A stretch of 64,000 bases of DNA from Eledone cirrhosa (Eukaryota). Below the pieces are notes generated by a model. The model was not told where the DNA came from. It was given only the letters and a program-made list of their open reading frames with translations, and made no database searches. The translations under genes were made by a program, and so were the position numbers. Shown here one piece after another: positions 53,460 through 64,000 of this stretch; position 1 is the first letter of the stretch, and each line of letters starts with the position of its first letter. The stretch is from contig OZ024741.1 of the NCBI GenBank assembly GCA_964016885.1, positions 128,216,001 to 128,280,000 of the forward strand. The letters run 5' to 3'.

Positions 53460-54243
53460 TAATGCAGTGCTTCATTGATACTTTATTTTATCGATCACGT
53501 AAAGATGAAAGGTAAAGTTAACCTCGGTGGGATTTGAACTCATCTAATATAAGGCCAACAATTTGAGGGGAGGGGAAAGTCGATTAAATTGACCCCAGTG
53601 CATTACTGGTGCTTTATTTTATCGACCCCGTAGGGATGAAAGATAAAGCTAATCTCGGCGGGATTAGAACTCAGAACGTAAAGGGCCGTGACTCTACGCT
53701 TCAAAGCATGGTCTCCGACGCTCTAACGATTCTACCAATCCAATGTTAGAAAATCCCCCAAACTGTTTCTGTTAATTGATTGAAATAGAGTGTAATTTAT
53801 TAGAAAAATGGCCCTGAAAGGGTGAGGCTGAAATATCTTTGAACTCGAATTTCTTCTCTTTGTGTGTAGAAAATGTAAAACAAAGTCAACTAAAATAACC
53901 CGAGCTTACAGATTATAAATATTTCTCAGTATACAACAAAAAATGTATATTCGCGCTGGGGACGGTCTTAAAATTAATATATCGTTACCTACACAAACAG
54001 GAATATAATCATGTAGGGCCATGTACATATATGGTTTCTTATATAGGCACAAAACTAGCAATTTGGGGGGAGGGAGAAAGTCGATTAAATCGAACCATTG
54101 CGTGACTGGTACTTTATTTTATCGACCCTGTAAGGATGAATGGCAAAGTTAACGTTGGCTGGATTTGAACTCAGATCATAAAAGGCCGTAACTCTATGCT
54201 TGCAAAGCATGGCGTCCCACCCTCTACCGATACTGCCAATCCA
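53460..54243 (-). mobile_element. Cluster of SINE family 1 copies (53460-53742, 54034-54243)
   Basis: Shared core. Confidence 0.75.
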
Positions 54244-54474
54244 TGTACATATATGAATATATGTAGGAATTGTAGCCGTTCCAAAGCAGAGGACTATAAT
54301 AATAGTTGATCTCTATAAACATTAGTTGAAGAATCGAGTAAAGTATCCGTGGAGGTACCTCTCTCCACTTTCTCCCGTTTCCGGGGCTACTGTATTCGGT
54401 TTTTCAACTATTATTTATAGTGATCAACTATTACTATAGTCATCTGCGTTAGAACGGCTAGAGTTCATACACGT

Positions 54475-54510
<36 letters not shown>

Positions 54511-54721
54511 CGCACACACACACATACACACATATATATGTATATATATACACACATATATATATATATATAAATATATATATATGCATGTATATATATA
54601 ATGGCCTTTATAACCTATGTTTATTGCTCTGGTCTCTTTTGGTCCATGGAGCGCTTGCCAGAATAACTCGGATATTGCGTTTCGCTTATTTTCGACCCGC
54701 CGAAATACAATTCTCGCTGAA

Positions 54722-54780
<59 letters not shown>

Positions 54781-54781
<1 letters not shown>

Positions 54782-54975
54782 AACGAGTAGGAGCCCGACG
54801 GCTGAGCTCAAGCCGTTTCGACGGCTAATACTGGACGTCCAGAATTAGCCGTCGAAACAGCTTGAGTTCAGCCATCGGGGTCCTACTCGTTCTTATTACC
54901 ACACTACTACTCTAAGTATTGAGTACTTTGGTGCGTTATGGTCCATCTGGTTCCTTACCACATTTCCTTGGTTAT
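54781..54975. mobile_element. PLE-like terminal fragment with 112-bp hairpin, TA-flanked
   Basis: Palindrome 54781-54892 centred on CTGGACGTCCAG; related fragment at 60013-60152. Confidence 0.6.
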
Positions 54976-55085
54976 ATGTATATATATATATATATATATT
55001 TGAGGGCGGCCGACGGACCTAGAAGCTGATAAATTGCCGGCCGCTTTCCTGTCTCTGATTTAAACACCATTGTTATATTTTGAAT

Positions 55086-55141
55086 TACCTGATGATATCA
55101 CCGGATTCATACTGAACCCGGTCATTGAAATGATCATAGTA
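55086..55141 (+). ncRNA. Degenerate minimal hammerhead
   Basis: TAC-CTGATGA-...ACCGG/CCGGT...-GAAA-TGATCA-TA-GTA; palindromic stem III. Confidence 0.5.
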
Positions 55142-55202
55142 TATTAAACCTTTCAAGGATTTACACCAGTAGATGCCTCCTGTTATTTTGTAATATATAT
55201 AA

Positions 55203-55285
<83 letters not shown>

Positions 55286-55334
55286 CACAAATATATATAC
55301 ATATATGTTCATACACATATATATATATATATAC

Positions 55335-55417
<83 letters not shown>

Positions 55418-55711
55418 CTTGAACGCGTATGTAAACTACTTATATTTTACCCTTTCTTGATTTTTTTTTCCATTTACATCGCAATTTAACGCCGGAGGTT
55501 TTCACCACCAACACCATCACCACTACCAACACCACCACCACCACTACACACCACCCCCACCCCACCACCATCATCACTACCATCGCAACTTATACTACCT
55601 CACTATATGTTATAGTACATGTCAGACATTCAGACACTAATTCAATAAGACGTGTTGACCCGAGCAGATACTTCGTCACTTAGAAGCAAGTGGAAACCGC
55701 TAAGTGAAACT

Positions 55712-55722
55712 GTAGTAGTTAC

Positions 55723-55772
<50 letters not shown>

Positions 55773-55804
55773 CAGTAGTAGCAGCAGCAGAGCAGCAGAG
55801 CAGC

Positions 55805-55841
<37 letters not shown>

Positions 55842-55926
55842 ATAGTAGTAGTAGTACTAGTAGCAGCAGAGCAGTAGTAGTAGTAGTAGTAGTAATAGTA
55901 GTAGTAGTAGTAGTAGTAGTATTGGC

Positions 55927-55987
<61 letters not shown>

Positions 55988-56091
55988 TTGGCAGTAGTAG
56001 TAGTAGTAGTAGTAGTAGTAGCAGCAGTAGCAGCAGTAGTAGTAGTAGTAGTAGTAGCAGTAGTAGTAGCAGTAGTAGTAGTAGTAGTAGC

Positions 56092-56131
<40 letters not shown>

Positions 56132-56132
56132 T

Positions 56133-56164
<32 letters not shown>

Positions 56165-56256
56165 ATAGTAGTAGTAGTAGTAGTAGCAGTAGTAGTAGTA
56201 GTAGCAGTAGTAGTAGTAGTAGCAGTAGTAGTAGTAGCAGTAGTAGTAGTAGTAGC

Positions 56257-56288
<32 letters not shown>

Positions 56289-56328
56289 CAGTAGTAGTAG
56301 TAGCAGTAGTAGCAGTAGTAGTAGTAGC

Positions 56329-56375
<47 letters not shown>

Positions 56376-56399
56376 CAGTAGTAGCAGTAGTAGTAGTAG

Positions 56400-56444
<45 letters not shown>

Positions 56445-56502
56445 CAGTAGTAGCAGTAGTAGTAGTAGTAGTAGTAGTAGAATTAGTAGTAGCAGTAGTA
56501 GC

Positions 56503-56537
<35 letters not shown>

Positions 56538-56580
56538 CAGTAGTAGTAGTAGTAGTAGTAGTAGCAGTAGTAGTAGTAGC

Positions 56581-56657
<77 letters not shown>

Positions 56658-56667
56658 CAGTAGTAGC

Positions 56668-56726
<59 letters not shown>

Positions 56727-56727
56727 C

Positions 56728-56762
<35 letters not shown>

Positions 56763-56764
56763 CA

Positions 56765-56800
<36 letters not shown>

Positions 56801-56836
56801 GTAGCAGTAGTAGTAGTAGTAGTGGTGGTGGTGGTG
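55712..56836. repeat. ~1.1 kb (GTA/GCA)n microsatellite
   Basis: Direct. Confidence 0.97.
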
Positions 56837-56926
56837 GAAATTGAGAAACAAAAATTTCAGGAAGAATATAGCAAAAGTTTTGGAATATTGTAGATTTCAT
56901 CCTACGTTCATGAAAATGGAACAAAA

Positions 56927-57705
56927 CCATCACCACCATCATCACCATCAACATCACCACCACCATCATCAACATCACCACCATCATCACCATCATCACC
57001 ATCACCACCACCATCACCACCATCACCATCACCACCATCAACATCACCACCACCACCACCATCATCAACATCACCACCATCATCATCACCACCATCACCA
57101 CCATCAACATCACCACCATCAACATCACCACCATCATCATCACCATCATCACCATCACCATCATCATCACCATCATCACCATCACCATCACCGCCATCAC
57201 CACCATCACCGCCATCATCATCACCATCATCATCATCATCATCATCGTCATCACCATCATCACCATCACCATCATCATCATCATTGCCATCATCATCATT
57301 ATCATCATCAACATCATCATCATCATCATCGCCATCGTCATCATCATCGCCATCGCAATCGCCATCGCCATCATCATCATCATCATCATCAACATCACAA
57401 TCATCATCATCATCATCATCATAATCATCAGCATCAGCATCACCATCACCATCTTCAGCAGCATCAGAATCAGCAACAGTATCCGCTCACTCTTTATCAT
57501 CATTGCCGTCATCATTACCATTATCATCATCATCACAATCACCATGATGATGACCATCGCCATTGTCGTCGTTGTTGTCATCTTGATCACCATCACCACC
57601 ACCACCGTCACCACCACCATCACCATCACCACCACCATCACCATCACCATCACTACCATCATCATCATCTTCACCATCATCATGATCACCATCACCATCA
57701 TCATT
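56927..57705. repeat. ~0.8 kb (CAT/CAC)n microsatellite
   Basis: Direct. Confidence 0.97.
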
Positions 57706-57734
57706 AACATAACACCCATGCGTGTGTATGTGTG

Positions 57735-57777
<43 letters not shown>

Positions 57778-58179
57778 TGGTGTGTGTTGGTGTGTGTTGG
57801 TGTGTGTTGGTGTGTGTGTGTGTTGGTGTTTGTGTGCAGTTGTGTTTGTGTATGTGTTCGTAAACAAATGTTGATGTGGGTTCCCGGCATGGCCAATGGT
57901 TAAGGAGTTGGCTTTGCAGCCAAGAGGTTCCGAGCACGATTCTACTCCATGGCCTCTTGAGCAAGTTTCTTCCACCATAGCTTCAGTTCAACCCATGTCT
58001 TGTAAGTGGAATTGGGTTGACAGAAATGCGGAACAGCATCGAATGTATTTTAACAGTAATTCAAAGAGTCACACGCCATGTTTCACTGATTCTACTTGAG
58101 TAGTATGTAGCTTGTACACGTGTGCCTGTGTAATGCACTACTCAGCCACTTCTACCATATATATATACATACATACATG

Positions 58180-58220
<41 letters not shown>

Positions 58221-58333
58221 GAATTATTTCCGTAGGAAAGGTAAAGGAAAAGAGATGAATGAAGACAGACATAAATATCTGTCTTCAAGAAACCACTGGT
58301 AAATGAAATAATTATCTTATGTTGTTTATTACA

Positions 58334-58384
<51 letters not shown>

Positions 58385-58391
<7 letters not shown>

Positions 58392-59070
58392 ATATAGTAA
58401 GAAACACAGTAAACCGTGTGTCTAAAATTACAAGGGTTGAAAAACCACATATGCTTGAAATATTTAACCAAGAAACAGACAGAATGACAAAATGAAAATA
58501 AAAATATATTATCATAATTATACAAACCGGCTCAGTATTTATTTGTACTTTATACTTAGAGCTTAATGGTTACAGGGTTCTAATTCTCATATATATATAT
58601 TTCTGCTCCCTTACAAGTTGAGCTATTAAGTTGTGCGTGTTGGACTGTTATTTCTGTTCAATACGCGCTTACCACGTTTGACTGGCGAAGCACGAGGTGA
58701 TGAATTCATCTTTCTGTGTGAACGTTGGCAAATAGTGTTTGTGGCATTTAATCGCAATCTCTCGCTGATGAAGCCCAGGATTATCTGTTACAAACACACT
58801 CAGGGCGAAACAGATTAGGGATAATCTGTCCGAGAGATATAATGGTTATTGAGGCGGTTTGTATAATTATGATAATATATTTTTATTTTCATTTTGTCAT
58901 TCTGTCTGTTTCTTGGTTAAATATTTCAAGCATATGTGGTTTTTCAACCCTTGTAATTTTAGACACACGGTTTACTGTGTTTCTTACTATATATTGTTAA
59001 TCGGCTCAGTATTTATTTGTACTTTATACTTAGAGCTTAATGGTTACAGGGTTCTAATTCTCATATATAT
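58385..59070 (+). mobile_element. PLE pseudo-LTR with hammerhead, preceded by an inverted + direct partial copy
   Basis: 58385-58529 is the reverse complement of 58855-58998; 58528-58590 is repeated at 59002-59064; TA-flanked. Confidence 0.75.
58757..58838 (+). ncRNA. Type I hammerhead ribozyme (canonical core)
   Basis: Stem I ATCTCTCG/CGAGAGAT; CTGATGA(A); stem II GCCC/GGGC; GAAA; stem III ACAGATTA/TAATCTGT; GUC cleavage after 58830. Confidence 0.9.
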
Positions 59071-59392
59071 ATATATATATATTATGGTATATTGCTCTGA
59101 TTATTTAATTTATTAATCCATCATTGAGCCACATCGTGAATGGTTGCCAAAACATATATATCTGTGACTTTCTTTAGTTTGTGTATATGTAAATCTTTAT
59201 ATTTAATAATCTCCCATTAGATTCAGATGCAATTTGGGCAATATTGGGCTGCGCTTTCTAGCAACCAGCCCACTCGCCGTAAGCAACCAATCACATTCTT
59301 TCTGACTTGACCACTGCCACGTCACGATTTTTAGCCATTTTGAATTTGTTTCTGGCGGGGATCATTTTAGAAAATTACTTGTCCTCTGAGTT

Positions 59393-59474
59393 TGTTTCCT
59401 GACGAGTTCGAAGCTCGAGATTTTATCCTTAATAGGATATCTCAAAATGCGAACGAAACCCGAGGGTAGAGACA
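59393..59474 (+). ncRNA. Type I hammerhead ribozyme (canonical core, extended stem II)
   Basis: Stem I TGTTTC/GAGACA; CTGACGA; GTTCG/CGAAC enclosing a GAGAT..ATCCT/AGGAT..ATCTC hairpin; GAAA; ACC-CGAG-GGT; GUA cleavage after 59468. Confidence 0.85.
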
Positions 59475-59770
59475 TAATCCTGATAAGTGTGTACGCATTT
59501 CTTCTAACTTTAATTATATACCTAATTGTGTATGGTTGACGGTATATTTAGTCGATTTCCACGTGCTGTTGGGTAAACATTCTATGGCGGTCGGCCGCGA
59601 AGAGATTGCTGTCGTTTATTTATCTTATATTTCTTCATAGGTGCATTTTAATCTTATAGCCCGGTCTAATTGATTTTTTATGTTGTTGATTATGCTAATT
59701 GGGAGAGGAAATGGTGTATATATATTATCAAATGTTTCTATAGACATACTTTATGGTATATATATATATA

Positions 59771-59851
59771 TGAAATGGAGGTAACCACAGTAAGTAAGGT
59801 ACTCAATACATAGCAGAGTATAAAAGTTTTAATATAGAAGAGCTTCTATAT

Positions 59852-59916
<65 letters not shown>

Positions 59917-59989
59917 GCTCTTCTATATTAAAACTTTTATACTTTGCTATGTATTGAGTACCTTACTTACTGTGGTTACCTCCATTTCA
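59771..59989. repeat. Foldback (~78-bp arms) around (TA)n
   Basis: Near-perfect inverted arms. Confidence 0.92.
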
Positions 59990-60150
59990 ACCCGGAATAA
60001 CTATATATATATAGGAAAAGAGTCAGGGCACCGACGGCTGAGCTCCGGCCGTTTCGACAGCTATTTTCCTATTACCCACTCTACTACCCATAGTATCGAG
60101 TACTCTTGTGCGTTATGGTCCACCTGGTTCTCCTTACCACACTTCCTTCG

Positions 60151-60231
<81 letters not shown>

Positions 60232-61575
60232 AAGAATCAAAGAACTGTTCAAAACATTATTGTGCTTACAGCTGTTTCCTCCAAACCGAGGTTTGGATTC
60301 TTCGGAGCAATTTATTAATGCATGGACAGTTATATGACCTCCTTTTCAGCCGAGAGACATACCGATACATATTCAAACATTGATACATATTCAAACATTG
60401 TGGGTCAACATTCATTACAGAATTTAGAGTGGCAGTACACACTTCGAGATTACATTTATATTAAGAGGTACAATAAAAAATAAAAAATACAGGTTAAAAT
60501 TCAACATGAAGATGAGCGGTTATATAGTGCAAATGTTATATGTGTGGCACGCATGTGCGTCTTGTTTATATAGTGTGGCAGAGAGGTATGTGTGGTAGAG
60601 GCACTTAGGTAGGTAAACAAGAGTGTTAGGTTGGTAGATCTGGTGGCAAATTCTTTATATGATATAGTCTGTGTGTGGAGAAATGTTATAAGCATTAAAA
60701 ATAGTGCAAGTATTAAAGGTGTTAAAAGTATTGGAGATGCACAGCGAAGGGATGTCAAGTATTTCATGTACTTCGGCATTTTCATGGTCAGGGGAGTGTA
60801 TTTTCGATTATATGCCCCTCACATAATCCACGACAATCCGATATTGAGCGTTTGACAATCCAGTTAGAGATAGTCTGGTGTTCTTTAGTTCAATACAGGA
60901 GGCTGTTACGTTTCGAGAAACGCCATTGAATACCACCCGGAAGTGTGTGTGTGGCTAAGGGGAGTTAATGCATGCGGGGAGGTAACTCCGGGGTTTCTAT
61001 ACCTAGCTATTAAAATGTGTCACAACATAGACCCTAATTTCTATGGTGATGCGCATCCTCCAAGAAAATTTTATAGAGTAGTTTAATTAAGTTATGCTGA
61101 AGGTGATCATATTATTATGGTGGATTAACCCATCGTAAGGTGCCACAAATGGAAATTATAGATGATGAGCGAGGATTCTAAATTAATGATCTCTGTGGTT
61201 GTAGTCTACTCATAGGACCAGGCGCGGTGATCGCAGGATTGTCACTCACTGCGCTCAGCAGCCTGGTCCTACTGCTCAACAGCGTTACTAGGTTAAGTCA
61301 TTTTTCATCTGTCTAAGGAAGGTGTTTCCTCTGCACAACACTATCCAACCGATCAATTCATGCTCAAATTACCCTTAGAGCGGTGTAGTGCCGTTCAAGT
61401 GGGTGGATGTTGTCACACCTGACGTAGAGGTATAAATGGGTATTCTCCCTGCGAAGGGTTCCAGAGGGATGTCGTTGTTTGTGTTATAATAGATCAGTTA
61501 GTGTTGGGTATGTAGTATAAGGTGTGTCTCTGGTGTTTGATGCTAGATGTGGTGTTAGGTTCCAGTCCGACATTG

Positions 61576-61758
61576 CTATATATTGGGCTTAAAGTTTTGG
61601 AAGGAATGTCTGAAGCGGTGCTGGCAAGTTGCAAGCACCTCAGATTTTTTGTTAAGTAGGTTACGGTTGGAGAAGATAATATTGTGTGTCTCTAGTATAC
61701 AGAGGTTACAAAATTTATTAGGTGGTTTGTACGAGGTCGCGCTGCCTATCACTTCCCA
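61576..61758 (-). pseudogene. C-terminal 60 aa of a PLE GIY-YIG endonuclease region (not in the ORF track)
   Basis: Manual translation WEVIGSATSYKPPNKFCNLCILETHNIIFSNRNLLNKKSEVLATCQHRFRHSFQNFKPNI* matches the PLE motif W.I...A..Y...C.LC..E...LLNKRSE...CRH. Confidence 0.85.
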
Positions 61759-61792
61759 TTGAGGTCATATAACTGTCCATGCATTAATAAAT

Positions 61793-61839
61793 TGCTCCGA
61801 AGAATCCAAACCTCGGTTTGGAGGAAACAGCTGTAAGCA
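61793..61839 (+). ncRNA. Variant minimal hammerhead (identical copy at 60263-60309, minus)
   Basis: TGCT-CCGAAGA-A-TCCAAACC/GGTTTGGA-G-GAAA-CAGCTG-TA-AGCA. Confidence 0.7.
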
Positions 61840-62699
61840 CAATAATGTTTTGAACAGTTCTTTGATTCTTATATTTCATATAACTGCTCTGTAAATCATC
61901 TGATGTTTTTACATTGAGCTACTTAACTTACTGGTAATAAGGTAGTAATACATTACTGCCTACCACTATTTAGGGTGTGTGTAAAATACTTATAACTGCA
62001 TAAGGTTTTGTATTTACATAACCATAAATAGTATAACTAATACTATATATATATATATATATATATCTACTATATAAATTGGAAGTGGTCAGATGTTGTA
62101 TATTTAAGTAAGTAGGTGTAGTCGGATAAACGTCGAAATGGCTTGGTGGAATGCAGCGAAAATTTACAGTTATGCAGAATGAACGGAGGAGGCGTTGGGG
62201 CTACTTTCAAGCTACAAGCTTCCATAGTTACGGAGAAAATCGATGAAACAGGAATTTTCCATTCAAATTGAACTGAGAGTAACCTATGAACGCAGAAGTA
62301 AATATTTAAAGAAACGTTGCAACCGAAGGAAAACAGGAAGACGATATTTTGGTTCGTGAAGACGTTCCCTGGCAATGAACAGAAAAAAAACGAGGATAAT
62401 ACGTCGTTATGTGGACCGTGAAGAACAATTTCATGCAAAGACAAGACCAAGTTTATGGTATAAATGGAGTCGTTAGACTAATATTCTATTTAAAATAACA
62501 GAATGATTTCCAGCCCCGGAGTTTAAGAATGATGTAAAGAAAATTGAAAACGAAAATGACAGAGGTTATTGAAATAGTAAAAGTAAATAGTGAAGATTTA
62601 GGCCAGTACATACGTATGCCCCGACGGACATACACATATACATACGCACACACAAATACATACACACCCACACACACGCACGCACGTGCGCGCGCGCAT

Positions 62700-63137
62700 A
62701 TGTATAAACCTTATGCATTTCTACAGTATTTTCACCAAACTTAAGACATAGGTTACTTATGTACTCCGGATGGTCATGGGCACTTTCATTTTTCCAGATA
62801 TTTGGTTCCAGGGCCTCCCGGCAGATAACCCCCTTTAATCACTTCCTTGGAGTCGACTGAAGCACTGCAATGCAATGCAACAGAACGTCATAACTTCTGG
62901 AGTTCGCAACCGATTTTCACAAAACTTGACACATGGGCTACGTTTGTCCTACAGATGAATGTGAACTCTCAGAATTGGCACATATTGAGTAGGGGACCCC
63001 TGGGGGCAGGAAACCCCTTTTGGAAAAAGTCGATGATTTTGTAAAAGTATAGTTTTCGAAGTAGCACTGAAGTATTGACATAAATGGTATACACAATTGG
63101 TATTTAATACCCGAGAAACGCCGGGTACCTCTGCTAG
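62700..63137 (+). mobile_element. Non-autonomous Helitron-like element
   Basis: Subterminal hairpin ACCCG..CGGGT, then CTAG|T; 5' boundary approximate. Confidence 0.7.
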
Positions 63138-63223
<86 letters not shown>

Positions 63224-63284
63224 GGAGAGAGACAAGGAGGGAGAGAGGAGTAGAGAGAATGAGACCACCCACACACGATTATGA

Positions 63285-63372
<88 letters not shown>

Positions 63373-63525
63373 ATATATACAGTATATATATATATATACG
63401 GTATATATATATATATACTGTATATATATATATATATATAGTTAAAAGAATAGAGGTGTAACACACAAGTTATTATATATTGGTAAACGGAGTAGAAAAT
63501 GGTGTCAGCATTTCTATTCCGTTTA

Positions 63526-63587
<62 letters not shown>

Positions 63588-63668
63588 AATAAAATAACAA
63601 GTCCTTTATTGATCACAGCCTTATCAATAAAGGACTTCAACATCTGAAACTACTTCGCATTTTCTCAT

Positions 63669-64000
<332 letters not shown>

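Larger units (their letters stand above)
60221..61881 (-). mobile_element. 5'-truncated Penelope-like element (Naiad/Neptune-type C-terminus) bracketed by 121-bp inverted repeats
   Basis: 60221-60341 is the reverse complement of 61761-61881; both contain a hammerhead; ORF remnant at 61576-61758. Confidence 0.85.

Noticed and set aside
55652-57896. Long poly-Val, poly-Leu/Met and poly-His ORFs (413, 679 and 288 aa)
   Set aside because: They are translations of trinucleotide microsatellites, open in several frames and strands.

Overview
Repeat-saturated, AT-rich metazoan genomic DNA. The tRNA-derived SINE set and microsatellite load resemble Octopus/cephalopod DNA (inference). I found no convincing host gene, and almost all listed ORFs are microsatellite artefacts. 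The real coding content is retrotransposon-derived: (i) a near-intact ~5.9 kb Tx1/L1-clade element (30161-36063, minus; ORF1 with CCHC knuckle, ORF2 APE+RT+zinc finger, one frameshift each) plus four truncated relatives; (ii) R4/Dong-like RT+restriction-like-endonuclease elements of three families; (iii) several non-autonomous bipartite RTE derivatives; (iv) Penelope-like (PLE) remnants with hammerhead ribozymes and foldback ends; (v) SINEs, Helitron-like elements and a MITE. Two patterns stand out. First, each retroelement family sits in its own microsatellite ((TATG)n, (AAT)n, (GATA)n, (TA)n), forming nested insertion chains. Second, the region is rich in catalytic or structured RNA: two canonical type I hammerheads, several variant or degenerate ones, and a covarying structured RNA at the 5' end of the RTE derivatives that matches no ribozyme consensus I recognise (candidate new or aberrant self-cleaving RNA). 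All alignments and folds were done by eye.
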